Origin: Promethearchaeota archaeon
GTDB lineage: Archaea > Asgardarchaeota > Lokiarchaeia > Sigyniarchaeales > SOKP01
Reading direction: 5' to 3'
NCBI GenBank assembly: GCA_008080735.1
Contig: SHMW01000015.1
Span: 1 to 64,000 of the forward strand
Length of the DNA stretch: 64,000 nt
In this document: one piece after another, positions 11,031-20,666 of the stretch
Layout of the letters: each line of letters opens with the position of its first letter
How positions within the stretch are numbered: the first letter of the stretch is position 1
Program-made: the position numbers and the translations under genes
Notes under the pieces: model-generated
Told to the model about the DNA's origin: nothing
Seen by the model: the letters and a program-made list of their open reading frames with translations, nothing else
Database searches by the model: none

Positions 11031-11516
11031 ATGAGGCTAGCAATTGGAGTTGTCGTGGGGTTGGTTCTAAGTTTTTTCAGTGTCTCTCTATTCGATCAAT
11101 GGAATACTTTGAGTATGGCAGTCACCTTAGGGCAATATAACTTTTTTTCTGGAATAAGTACGTTATTAAGTGCTAATTTTGAATTTAATCTCATTGGATT
11201 TTTTGCATCAGGACCATGTACTATTCCTGGCTTCTTTCAGCCCGCATTTCTATCGTGCTTGTTTTTAGGTTTTCTTTCGGGAGTCATTGTTCAAGGAATA
11301 AAGAGAGGAATGATCGGCAGTTTCTTAGTGATTATTATCACTCTCTTGATGTGGATTATTTTTAGTATCTTTTCGGGGCAAGATTTAATGAGTATTTTTA
11401 CGGGGACTCAGTTAATTGAGACGATAGGAGGAATCTTAGGAGCTTTATTAGCGGGAGTAGGAGGGGGGTTATTAGGAGGATATTTAGGTGGACCATATGA
11501 AGAGGAAGTATATTGA
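11031..11516 (+). CDS. Hypothetical membrane protein (Gly-rich TM helices)
   Basis: 161 aa with about 4 hydrophobic segments. Confidence 0.7.
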   Translation: MRLAIGVVVGLVLSFFSVSLFDQWNTLSMAVTLGQYNFFSGISTLLSANFEFNLIGFFASGPCTIPGFFQPAFLSCLFLGFLSGVIVQGIKRGMIGSFLVIIITLLMWIIFSIFSGQDLMSIFTGTQLIETIGGILGALLAGVGGGLLGGYLGGPYEEEVY

Positions 11517-11684
11517 ATAATTTAATAATAGATTTTTTATTTTTCAGAACTTTTTGCCGTTTAATTTTTTCAGATAAATTTTATATTTCTAGATTATGTT
11601 TTAGGAGGGACTAATTGCTACGGAATTTTCGCAAAAATCTTAATTCTTAAAGCTTAAAGTTATTCTTTAATTTGCATAATTAAT

Positions 11685-12221
11685 ATGGGAAAAAGTGAAA
11701 TGGTTATTCCCGATCGAGATTTTGCCTTAGAATTATTACGGAAAGTTCGACTTCCGTTTCCAATAAGACAGCATTCTATTAATGTTGCAAATAAGGCAGT
11801 CGAGATTGCGAACAATATAACTAAAGCCAAAGTGAATACGCGACTTGTAGAAATCGGGGGCTTACTTCACGATATTGGCAGATCGGTGACACATGGATTC
11901 GAACATGCCTTAATAGGCGGGAGGATCTTGAGAGAGAGAGGATTACCGAAGGAATTAGCCAGAATCTGCGAAACTCATATTTTAGGGGGACTTGACAAAG
12001 ATGACGCTAAAAAAGTGGGATTACCAGAAAAGGATTATCTCCCTGAAACCGTAGAAGAAAAAATCGTCTGCTTGGCAGATAAGCACATGACGGGAAATCA
12101 CGAGGTCAGTATCGGAGAACGATTTCAAAAATGGTTCACTAAATATGGAAAAACATCGCTTTTAATAAAGTCAAGAAAAAGAATAATAGAAATGGAAAAA
12201 GAAATAAAAAAACTAATGTAA
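11685..12221 (+). CDS. HDIG/HD-domain metal-dependent phosphohydrolase (archaeal TIGR00295-like)
   Basis: HS..VA, LLHDIGRS, HA..G, CETH, EEKIVCLAD. Confidence 0.88.
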   Translation: MGKSEMVIPDRDFALELLRKVRLPFPIRQHSINVANKAVEIANNITKAKVNTRLVEIGGLLHDIGRSVTHGFEHALIGGRILRERGLPKELARICETHILGGLDKDDAKKVGLPEKDYLPETVEEKIVCLADKHMTGNHEVSIGERFQKWFTKYGKTSLLIKSRKRIIEMEKEIKKLM

Positions 12222-12230
12222 TTTTTTGGA

Positions 12231-12722
12231 TTATAAAGAATTTTTCAGTTTCGGGATAACTCCACCTTCTTCTAAAATATTCAATAAAAATTCTGGTAAT
12301 TGACTAAAACGCAGTATCTTATTTTGAGTAATATTTCTAAGAATACCCTTTTCTAACTCTATTTCTAAATGATCTCCCTTTGAAAAATCTGTTTTTTTCC
12401 ATTCCAGGGTGATTCCAGGGATGCCTTGGTTTATTAAATTTCTAAAATAAATACGGGCAAAGGACCTTGCTATAATAGCTTTTATTCCGAGGATTTTAAA
12501 TACATTAACCGCTTCTTCTCGGGAACTCCCACATCCAAAATTTTCTCCCGCCATAATGATGTTGAGCTTTTCGGTTTTTTGAGCGAAATTGCGATCAACA
12601 GTTTCGCACGCACATTGCGCCATCTTACATTCATCTCGCAATGTAAGGGCATATGACGGCACTATATCGTCCGTGTTAATATCATCACCCATCATGTAGA
12701 CAAACCCTTCAATTAAATTCAT
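12231..12722 (-). CDS. leuD: 3-isopropylmalate/homoaconitate dehydratase small subunit
   Basis: GDDINTDDIVP, AGENFGCGSSRE, ARSFARIYFRN. Confidence 0.9.
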   Translation of the reverse strand: MNLIEGFVYMMGDDINTDDIVPSYALTLRDECKMAQCACETVDRNFAQKTEKLNIIMAGENFGCGSSREEAVNVFKILGIKAIIARSFARIYFRNLINQGIPGITLEWKKTDFSKGDHLEIELEKGILRNITQNKILRFSQLPEFLLNILEEGGVIPKLKNSL

Positions 12723-12806
12723 AGATGTTTTGAGTGTATAGATTTAGAATATTATAGAATAGTATAATTTTTCTTAGGATATTAATCAAATTTTTTCTTA
12801 AAAGAT

Positions 12807-13385
12807 CTATCTTTTTGCGTAAAATGCTTTGTTCGTTTTTTCTGCGAAATGCTGCAATGCTTGTATAATCCTCTGAACGCTCTGTTTTTTATAATCTAAT
12901 CCTCCTATTAAATCAATTGCTCTGTCTCTTCCTTCACGGTGAACAAAATATACTTCATGGTATTTCATTTTTCTATTAGCATGCTCCACTTTCTTTTTTT
13001 TTTTACTTATACGTATTTCAAAAATATCGGCTAAATTGAGTTTTAGACTTTTTCTCTCAGGAACATCAAATTCAACTTCTTTAGCGGAAATATAAAAATA
13101 TCTCTCTTTTCCTACGCCCTTATAAAGTGAGAAAGCATCAGATAATTCCACACTACTATAGCAAACAACGGCTAAAAGTGAAAGTCCAGCAACGGCTATG
13201 GAAACCGTCAACGCTAAGAAGAGATCACCAGTTGCTTGTTGGATTGCAGCAAAAATTCCCACACCAATTATAATCAAAAATATCCCAAGACAAGAGAGCC
13301 CACAAAATAGACTTGCATTTCTCCTCCCAGCAAGCGTCTCTTTAATTTCAAAATATTCCTGATTTGGAATTTCTGGATTATTCAT
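12807..13385 (-). CDS. Hypothetical membrane protein (2 TM plus soluble C-terminal domain)
   Basis: 192-aa ORF lying between leuC and leuD. Confidence 0.7.
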   Translation of the reverse strand: MNNPEIPNQEYFEIKETLAGRRNASLFCGLSCLGIFLIIIGVGIFAAIQQATGDLFLALTVSIAVAGLSLLAVVCYSSVELSDAFSLYKGVGKERYFYISAKEVEFDVPERKSLKLNLADIFEIRISKKKKKVEHANRKMKYHEVYFVHREGRDRAIDLIGGLDYKKQSVQRIIQALQHFAEKTNKAFYAKR

Positions 13386-13571
13386 TTTTTAACAGTTTTA
13401 AAAACTTTACTCTTTAAAAATTGGATTAGTGAATTATATGACATTTCATAATTTAAGCATTACCATTTCTCCTAACATAAGATAATTGCATAAAATCAAG
13501 TTTCGATATAAGCTCGAGAGTTTTATGATTTTTTTACATTATTAAAAAGAATTAGTTTTTTTGCTATCCAT

Positions 13572-14831
13572 TCAAATATAGTCTCTGGGATCGGTTATTA
13601 CCCCAGTTAAAGCAGAAGCAGCCACTGTTGCTGGGGATCCAAGATATATTTCAGAGGAAGAACTTCCCATACGACCTTGAAAATTTCTATTCGTACTACT
13701 GATACATATCTCTCCCGGTCCCAAAACGCCCAAGTGCCCGCCAATACACGGTCCGCACGTGCAATTCCCAATTATAGCACCCGAATTTACAAATTCCTCG
13801 ATAAGTCCTTCCGAGAGAGCATCTAAGTAGATTTTTTTCGATGCGGGTATTATTATAAATCTGGTGTGTGATTCCACCGACTTTCCCTTAATTATTCTAG
13901 CAGCTATCCGTAGGTCTTCAAGTCTACCATTAGTACAACTTCCCAAAAAGGCTTGATCAATTTGAGTTCCTTCAACTTCATGAATTGGTGCTAAATTTCC
14001 TGGACTGTGTGGTTTTGCCACCACCGGAATAAGCTCGGACAAATCATAATTATATTCCTTCTGATATTTCGCATCTTCATCGGGATGGATAAAAGCATAA
14101 GGTTTATCGGTTTTTTTCTGAAGCCATTGTTCTAATTTTTTGTCAGGTAAAAATATTCCGAATTTCGCCCCCGCCTCCACGACCATATTTGAAACTGTCA
14201 TCCTTCCATCAATGGAAAGAGATTTTGCTCCCTCTCCGTGGAATTCCAGTGATTTATATAATGCCCCCTTTGTGGAGATATCTGCAATTAATTGTAAAAT
14301 TAAATCCTTGGACATTACACCTTCTGAAAGCTCTCCATCTAATATTATCTTATATGATCCCGGTACTTTAAACCAGAGTTTTCCGGTTGCGAATACCACA
14401 GCAACATCACTGGCGCCAATTCCCGTTGCTAAGCAATTAAAAGCTCCATACGTCGTGGTGTGGCTATCGCTCCCAACGATTAGCATTCCAGGTCGTGCAA
14501 AACCTTTTTCAGGGAGGACTTGATGGCAAATACCTTCATTCATACCCATATTATGGATAAATTTATATTTTTCAGCAAAATTCCTACAATCTTGATGCAT
14601 TTGAGCCGCAGAGATCGTAGGTGCAGGTACCCAATGATCTAAGATAAAAAAGATTTTGTCCGGATCCCATACGTAATTGATACCTAATTTTTCATATTCT
14701 TTATGAATGCGACCACCCAGTTGCTCATGCACCATCACTAGGTCTATAGGCGCTTCAATATATTGATTTGGTTCAATATCTTTTAGACTAGAATGTTCCT
14801 TAAAAATCTTCTCGCAAATAGTATAACCCAC
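13572..14831 (-). CDS. leuC: 3-isopropylmalate/homoaconitate dehydratase large subunit
   Basis: DHW.P, GICHQV, GSDSHTTTYGA, GSCTNGRLEDL, CGPCIG, STNRNF.GRMG. Likely GTG start at 14831. Confidence 0.92.
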   Translation of the reverse strand: MGYTICEKIFKEHSSLKDIEPNQYIEAPIDLVMVHEQLGGRIHKEYEKLGINYVWDPDKIFFILDHWVPAPTISAAQMHQDCRNFAEKYKFIHNMGMNEGICHQVLPEKGFARPGMLIVGSDSHTTTYGAFNCLATGIGASDVAVVFATGKLWFKVPGSYKIILDGELSEGVMSKDLILQLIADISTKGALYKSLEFHGEGAKSLSIDGRMTVSNMVVEAGAKFGIFLPDKKLEQWLQKKTDKPYAFIHPDEDAKYQKEYNYDLSELIPVVAKPHSPGNLAPIHEVEGTQIDQAFLGSCTNGRLEDLRIAARIIKGKSVESHTRFIIIPASKKIYLDALSEGLIEEFVNSGAIIGNCTCGPCIGGHLGVLGPGEICISSTNRNFQGRMGSSSSEIYLGSPATVAASALTGVITDPRDYI

Positions 14832-14832
14832 A

Positions 14833-16110
14833 TCAATCACATTCTAAGATGTTATTACCACATAATTCTTGATAATTCTGATCGAGATTTAGCACAACTC
14901 TCCTTATTAGGATACATGCATCCTTCAAAACTTCACCGTCTACTTTGTCTGGTGTATCATTTTTAGTATGGCTATATTTTGAGGCTGCTCTGGTGACTAA
15001 ATCGATCGAAGCAAAATTCCTCTGATGATAGGGAACTGAATCTGTATGAGCTCCCGTGGTTAGATGAAATCCATAGATTTCGATATCCTCTTTACTTGCA
15101 GCGGTTTCTAAATATTCAGCTAATAATGGAGCAATCTTCCTTCTGGGAAAAACCCCATACGATTTTAAATACTCTACCCTATTCCAACGATGACCTTTAC
15201 AGGAAATCATATCCAAATTTATTTGAAATATCCTCCCTTTTTCAAATTGGACTTCATGATTATCAACAAAGACTCGACTTCCCATGGTTCCAAGTTCCTC
15301 TGCTGAATACTGACAGAACCAGAGATTAAAATTGTTCAAGGGATGGTTTTGAAAATAGGAACTCAGTTCAAACACCACAGCCATCCCAGAAGCATTATCA
15401 AGAGCACCATCAGACTTATTATGGGTGTTTAGATTCATTAGGAAAATATTTGTAATAGAAATAAGGATTGTTGGTACCCACAGTCCGATTTGAAAAAATA
15501 GACTGGGAAGAGAAAACGGCCCGATAAGAGTGGCTATATATAATGCAAATGTAATTCCTAAAAAAATTGCGCTAAAAAGCCAAATCCTATAGAAAATTAC
15601 TCTCCATTGTGTTTGAAAAGATTGTGACTTCGAATCTAAGTGCGCAGAGATTATAATATCACCAGCTCTTTCTTCACTCATATTTTTTGATGGGATTTTG
15701 ACAAATACATTTGTAGCATTAAACATTTTTCCATAATATTTGCCCCAAAATCCTGGGTGCTCCGGAGATCTTAATCCTCGCAAAATAAATAGGATAATAA
15801 TCACTAAACCAATAATGACCAAAATAGAGATGATAAATTGTAAATATGTAAAAAACACAAACATCAGAAGAAAAACCAAATTTATCATCGCAATCAATTT
15901 GATGAGTGTGGTGGAATAAAAATCTGAAGATCTAAACGATTCAGTCTCTATCTGTTCTTGTGAAAATCCTAATTGATTGAATAGATCTGAGGTTAACTGA
16001 ACCGCTTTCTTTTCACCTGGAGAGCCCGCAAGTCTCGGAAAGGAGAATTTCTTGACATATCCATGCAACCTTTCCGCGCGAAACTTTTGGCCCAATTTAC
16101 GTTTTTCCAT
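14833..16110 (-). CDS. Membrane-embedded M28 family metallopeptidase (paralog of 2273..3445)
   Basis: SAHLDSK, GALDNASG, AEELG, NLD, HTKNDT; same TM insertions as the paralog. Confidence 0.85.
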   Translation of the reverse strand: MEKRKLGQKFRAERLHGYVKKFSFPRLAGSPGEKKAVQLTSDLFNQLGFSQEQIETESFRSSDFYSTTLIKLIAMINLVFLLMFVFFTYLQFIISILVIIGLVIIILFILRGLRSPEHPGFWGKYYGKMFNATNVFVKIPSKNMSEERAGDIIISAHLDSKSQSFQTQWRVIFYRIWLFSAIFLGITFALYIATLIGPFSLPSLFFQIGLWVPTILISITNIFLMNLNTHNKSDGALDNASGMAVVFELSSYFQNHPLNNFNLWFCQYSAEELGTMGSRVFVDNHEVQFEKGRIFQINLDMISCKGHRWNRVEYLKSYGVFPRRKIAPLLAEYLETAASKEDIEIYGFHLTTGAHTDSVPYHQRNFASIDLVTRAASKYSHTKNDTPDKVDGEVLKDACILIRRVVLNLDQNYQELCGNNILECD

Positions 16111-16214
16111 GTGTATTTTTTAAAACCAGAATTACTGATTATTTTTTTGAAAAATTAAGTGTAAAATACCTTCCATTATAGGAAAATAGTAATAATCATA
16201 TATTTGTTGGTATT

Positions 16215-16826
16215 CTAAAAAATATTTTCTTTATTTAAATGTTCGAAAAGTATCTTCTGTATTTTATTCTGAACTACTTCAATAATCTCATCAGTATTAA
16301 TAATAGCATACTCCTCCTTCTCAGCCCGCTCTAAATACGCGTTTCTGACTTTATTCAAAAAAGATACGTTTTCGAATTTTTCCAAATTTTGTTGAGATTT
16401 TCTCGCAAGTGAAATTTTAGGATCAATGTCCAAAATGATGGTAAGATTAGGTTTTCCGACAAATTTATTGATTATTTTAACCCATTCCACGGAAATCTGT
16501 GTAGATTGAAGAGATTGATATACAATTGATGATTCGATATATCTATCTGAGATAACAATATAGTTTTCCTCTAATTTTGGTTTAATTTCAGTTTGATAAT
16601 GATAATCTCTGTCAGCGGCAAATAATAAGGCATCTGTAGTTGGAGGCGCTTCGTTTTTTTTTAGAAATTTTCTGACTAATTCTCCGATTTCATTTTTGGT
16701 TGGCTCTTGGGTATGATGAACCTTAAATCCTTTATTTTTTAGGAAGCCCGCTAGTAATTTCGAGTGTGTAGTCGACCCACATCCATCTATACCATCCAAG
16801 ACGCAAAAGAAAGGAGCTTTATTCAA
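16215..16826 (-). CDS. tmk: Thymidylate (dTMP) kinase
   Basis: DGIDGCGSTT, TQEP, LLFAADR, ISDRYIESSIVYQ. Confidence 0.93.
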   Translation of the reverse strand: MNKAPFFCVLDGIDGCGSTTHSKLLAGFLKNKGFKVHHTQEPTKNEIGELVRKFLKKNEAPPTTDALLFAADRDYHYQTEIKPKLEENYIVISDRYIESSIVYQSLQSTQISVEWVKIINKFVGKPNLTIILDIDPKISLARKSQQNLEKFENVSFLNKVRNAYLERAEKEEYAIINTDEIIEVVQNKIQKILFEHLNKENIF

Positions 16827-17115
16827 TTCTGTTTTAACCTAATAAAATTCTATTATCTTCATTAGATTCTTAATGAAATTTAAGATTATTTATTGGAGAA
16901 GAAATATCTTTCAAATCTATTTTAACATAAGGTAAATTTGGTAGCCACTAATGTTAGTGAATTTGTTCAATTACTTAGAATTCATACTAATTACAAAAAG
17001 AGGTTACGATTCACGATTTCGGCTCATTTTCTATTTTTATCAAATTAATTATATTTCAAACTAACCTTTTTGTCATTTAAATCAATTAAGAATAAAAATA
17101 AGAGTGTAATTCAAA

Positions 17116-17516
17116 ATGGAAAAAGGTTATTGTCCTTAGTGTGGGTCAATAGTAAAAGCTAAAGTCTATATATTTATTTCTGGGAAAAAACCCACCCAAC
17201 TTAGGATATCCCCATTTCAGATGGAACAAAAATTCAATTTCTGGGAAAAAAAAGAGAAAACTCTGTGTTTTTATTGTGATAATATTCTGAGCCCTGCTGA
17301 AATATATCATAAGAATATACCTAGGCAAGACTTATCCCGTGAAAGATCGATAAATCCCCGCCCAACTTAGCATATCCCCATTTCAGATGGAACAAAAATT
17401 CAATTACCTGAGGAAAGCGTTCAAAGAGGTAAATTACATATTGTCCATTATGTGGAGCGGAAATTATCAGTGATGCGAAATTCTGCCGAAGTTGCGGTAA
17501 TAAATTTCAGATTTAA
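17116..17516 (+). pseudogene. Degenerate copy of the LITAF-like zinc-ribbon membrane family
   Basis: MEKGYCP*CGS... has an in-frame TAG in the first CxxC. The TM segment is mostly deleted, CFYC is retained, then a second TAG and a frameshift precede YCPLCGAEIISDAKFCRSCGNKFQI*. Confidence 0.8.
17191..17405 (+). repeat. 49-bp internal duplication (17191-17239 and 17357-17405)
   Basis: ccc[a/g]cccaacttag[g/c]atatccccatttcagatggaacaaaaattcaatt, 2 mismatches. The first copy is bracketed by ATTTCTGGGAAAAAA at 17176-17190 and 17237-17251. Confidence 0.9.
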
Positions 17517-17684
17517 CACCAAAAGGTCTGTTCTTTATAGTCAATTAAAACCTTGGAAAACTTAAAGTCTAATTCTTTTTGGAGGGCAAAGCATTCCTTA
17601 TAAGATTAATTTATTATAGTTCGAAATTTAAAGTTGTAAATAGATTAAAATATAGTATAATTACATTATTATTAGTGAAGAATA

Positions 17685-18122
17685 ATGCCTAAGAAGAAAC
17701 ATGCATTTTGTCCAAGTTGCGGTAAACCCGTAAAACCAATCCGAAGACCTCTTACTTCGTTCCATTATCAAATATTAGTAATTTCGACGATTGCCAGTTT
17801 AGGATTCGCTTTCATCGCATTTCTAATATATCGCTTTTTGATACAAAAAAAGGTTTATTGCCCAAAATGCGGTTCGAAGGTGGAATTCTATGCCAACCCC
17901 GAAGAATATCCAAAAAAGATGCCTGTTATTAATTTAATGGAGAAATTAGAGCAAGAGAAATTGCAGAAACAAGAAAAAAAGCAAAAGACCGAGCAAAATG
18001 AATCTCAAGGGGAGAAAGAATATATTTTATGTGAGAATTGTAGTCGGGAAATCGATAAAAAAGCGAAAATATGCCCTTTCTGTGGTTGGGAGCAAGGTAA
18101 AGAGCAGATTGAAACGGTATAA
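17685..18122 (+). CDS. LITAF-like (CxxC-TM-CxxC) plus C-terminal double zinc ribbon protein
   Basis: CPSC, hydrophobic hairpin, CPKC, charged linker, CENC...CPFC. Confidence 0.8.
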   Translation: MPKKKHAFCPSCGKPVKPIRRPLTSFHYQILVISTIASLGFAFIAFLIYRFLIQKKVYCPKCGSKVEFYANPEEYPKKMPVINLMEKLEQEKLQKQEKKQKTEQNESQGEKEYILCENCSREIDKKAKICPFCGWEQGKEQIETV

Positions 18123-18229
18123 TAACCATTTTCAATTTAACCAAAAAATTATAAAACCACTTTGCTTTTTTAATTCTTGATAAAATAAAAAATCATTTAA
18201 AAGTATAAACCATCATCGTGTGAATAAAA

Positions 18230-18628
18230 ATGACGACAGGTTATTGTCCGCACTGCGGCGAGGTGGTATTAGGAAAGCGGGAAGATATAGACATCTGTTT
18301 GGCAATAATATTGGCTATTTTTACTGCAGGTATTGGCTTAATTATTTATCTAATAATTTGGTATAGTAAAGATGAAAATCGATGTGTACATTGTAATTCC
18401 GTCCTTAGACCGACGGAAACCCAATTTCAACCATCTCAAGGTCAACCCTATAGGCAAGAACCTACACCCCCACAACAAAATCCTTACAAGATGGCATCTT
18501 CTAGTACATCCACTTCCAATTCGAAAGAGGAAGTGATCTCGGGAGGAAATACAAAATATTGTCCATTTTGCGGCTCCGACATTGAGCCAGGGGCTAAATT
18601 TTGCCCCAATTGTGGTAGTAAAATATAA
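18230..18628 (+). CDS. LITAF-like (CxxC-TM-CxxC) plus C-terminal double zinc ribbon protein
   Basis: CPHC, ICLAIILAIFTAGIGLIIYLIIW, CVHC, P/Q-rich linker, CPFC...CPNC. Confidence 0.85.
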   Translation: MTTGYCPHCGEVVLGKREDIDICLAIILAIFTAGIGLIIYLIIWYSKDENRCVHCNSVLRPTETQFQPSQGQPYRQEPTPPQQNPYKMASSSTSTSNSKEEVISGGNTKYCPFCGSDIEPGAKFCPNCGSKI

Positions 18629-18680
18629 TCATCATCTCATTTTTCATCATTTATTTTCTCCTAACTATTTAGATTTCAAT

Positions 18681-18720
18681 TTTACATACTAAAAATTGGT
18701 CTAAAGATATTTTTAATAAA
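18681..18720 (+). promoter_or_regulatory. Promoter-like segment duplicated with the paralog array (second copy 19241-19280)
   Basis: catactaaaaattggtctaaagatatttttaataa versus catattaaaaattggactcaaaatctttttaataa, upstream of two paralogs, with a TATA-like TTTTAATAA. Confidence 0.55.
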
Positions 18721-18767
18721 ACCATGGACATATTTCTCATAATATAATAATATCAAGAGGTTAAAAC

Positions 18768-19175
18768 ATGACAGTTGGATATTGTAAGAAATGCGCTCAG
18801 AATACCCTTCTCAAACGGGAAGAGATGGATATTTGTCTCGCAATCATATTAGCAATCTTTACTGCAGGAATCGGGCTTATCGTCTATTTAATAATTTGGT
18901 ATAATAAAGATGAAAACCAATGTGTCCATTGTGGCACTGTTGCTACACCAGCTTCAGCTCAGCCCGCATCTATAGAAGAAAATAGTTTATATAATTATCA
19001 ACAAGCGATTAATGAACAACTAAATCCGTACAGAACGACTCAACAAAAAGGAGAAGCTACACCAGAAATTTCCTATACTAAAGTCATTGGAGAGAAAGTC
19101 CTTTATTGTTCATTTTGCGGGGTAAAATTGGACAATAATGCAGAATATTGTCCCGATTGCGGGATGAAAATCTAA
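18768..19175 (+). CDS. LITAF-like (CxxC-TM-CxxC) plus C-terminal double zinc ribbon protein
   Basis: CKKC, TM nearly identical to 18230, CVHC, CSFC...CPDC. Confidence 0.85.
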   Translation: MTVGYCKKCAQNTLLKREEMDICLAIILAIFTAGIGLIVYLIIWYNKDENQCVHCGTVATPASAQPASIEENSLYNYQQAINEQLNPYRTTQQKGEATPEISYTKVIGEKVLYCSFCGVKLDNNAEYCPDCGMKI

Positions 19176-19341
19176 ATTCCTTTTATTTATTTCTTTTTTC
19201 TAAATTTGCCTTCAATTTCTATAATAAAGTTGAGCTCTCATTTCATATTAAAAATTGGACTCAAAATCTTTTTAATAATATCAAAAATCTTTGCAAATTA
19301 GAATAAATATCAATTAATTGCATAATGGAGGAAAAAGAAAA

Positions 19342-19728
19342 ATGTATTGTAAAAAATGTGGAGCTGAAGTTCCCACAAAACGCGAAGAGATAGATTGGTT
19401 TCTTTTGGTAATTCTAACAATATTTACAGCGGGATTTGGGGTATTGATTTATCTGGCTATTTATTTTGATAAACCGGAAAATAGATGTGTGTATTGTAAT
19501 TCGGTCTGCGTTGCTTTGAATGAATATCAACCCTATGAACCTGCAAGGAACGCGAATAGGTCCACCTCAACATCGGCTGATTATCCACGTAAGCAAGTTG
19601 CAGTTGCAACTGTTCAAGAAGATCGAGATACTGAATCAATTGGAAAATTCTGTCCGAGTTGTGGTGCAAAATTAGATGAAAGAAGCAAAGTTAATTTCTG
19701 CGCTTACTGTGGGTTTGATCTTTCATAA
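19342..19728 (+). CDS. LITAF-like (CxxC-TM-CxxC) plus C-terminal double zinc ribbon protein
   Basis: Probable start MYCKKC after GGAGG. KREEIDW...FTAGFG...CVYC, then CPSC...CAYC. Confidence 0.85.
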   Translation: MYCKKCGAEVPTKREEIDWFLLVILTIFTAGFGVLIYLAIYFDKPENRCVYCNSVCVALNEYQPYEPARNANRSTSTSADYPRKQVAVATVQEDRDTESIGKFCPSCGAKLDERSKVNFCAYCGFDLS

Positions 19729-19751
19729 TAATTAATTTTTTTCTTTTCTAT

Positions 19752-20666
19752 TTATTCATTCTCATTCTGTTTCAAAATCTTCATAAACTTGTAAAAGAAT
19801 TCATATGAGCGTTCAAAGTGAGGATCTTCATTCGAATACTGGATTCCTTTAGAAAAGATTTCTTTAAATCGCTCTAGATTCTTGGTTTCCATAATTGATG
19901 AATAATCGTCAACCAGCTCTTTAAATTTTCTGAAAATTTTGTGGAATTGGGGATTATCCATTTGTATCTCCCCAAACATTTCTACTTCTCGTTGGATAAT
20001 ACTCTCAGCAAAAATTTTCTGTAAAAGAAACGTGGTCCCTGTAAATTCCATGAGCTTAGAGAGAGGAATGCCGATCCTTTGTAGGAATTCAATGAAGAGA
20101 ATATTAATCATATGTGGGGCACCAAGGACGATAGCCATCATCTTATCATGCTCCTCTGGATCTCCAACATTGGTAATATGCAATCCCTCAGATTGGAAGA
20201 GGTTTCTTAGTGCATTAACTTTTTTCGAAAAATATTTAGTCCCTCCCACTTCCAAAAAAATCATGTTATAATTTCTCATATTTTTGATGCCTGGTCCGAA
20301 CATCGGGTGGAGGGAGAGAGAATTGATAGGATGTTGTCTACAAATCTCATCTAATGCGGGATAGGCTTCCCTCTTTAATGAGGTTACATCAAATATTAAA
20401 GCATCCTTTTTTAGCATTGGTCCTATTTTTCTTATCATGGCAGGTGTGGAATGAATTGGAATTGAGATCATTATAAGGTCTGCCTTAGAGACGCTTTTTT
20501 CTAGATTCAGTTCATATCTTACATCTAATTTATTCGCCACTCGTACCAATTTTGCTTTCGAACGTGCCATTAACGTGACTTCAAACCCGTGGCGCTTAAA
20601 TAACTTTGCAAACACTTGCCCTAATCCTCCAGAACCACCGATTATTGTGATTGAATTACCTAACAT
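19752..20666 (-). CDS. tyrA: Prephenate dehydrogenase
   Basis: IIGGSGGLG, DVTSLK, LHPMFGP, EEHDKMMA. Start MLGNS follows GGAGG. Confidence 0.9.
   Translation of the reverse strand: MLGNSITIIGGSGGLGQVFAKLFKRHGFEVTLMARSKAKLVRVANKLDVRYELNLEKSVSKADLIMISIPIHSTPAMIRKIGPMLKKDALIFDVTSLKREAYPALDEICRQHPINSLSLHPMFGPGIKNMRNYNMIFLEVGGTKYFSKKVNALRNLFQSEGLHITNVGDPEEHDKMMAIVLGAPHMINILFIEFLQRIGIPLSKLMEFTGTTFLLQKIFAESIIQREVEMFGEIQMDNPQFHKIFRKFKELVDDYSSIMETKNLERFKEIFSKGIQYSNEDPHFERSYEFFYKFMKILKQNENE

Noticed and set aside
17137-17370. In-frame TAG codons in the first zinc-ribbon paralog as pyrrolysine or stop-codon recoding
   Set aside because: The same ORF also has a TM deletion, an insertion and a frameshift, and other genes in the window end normally at TAG.
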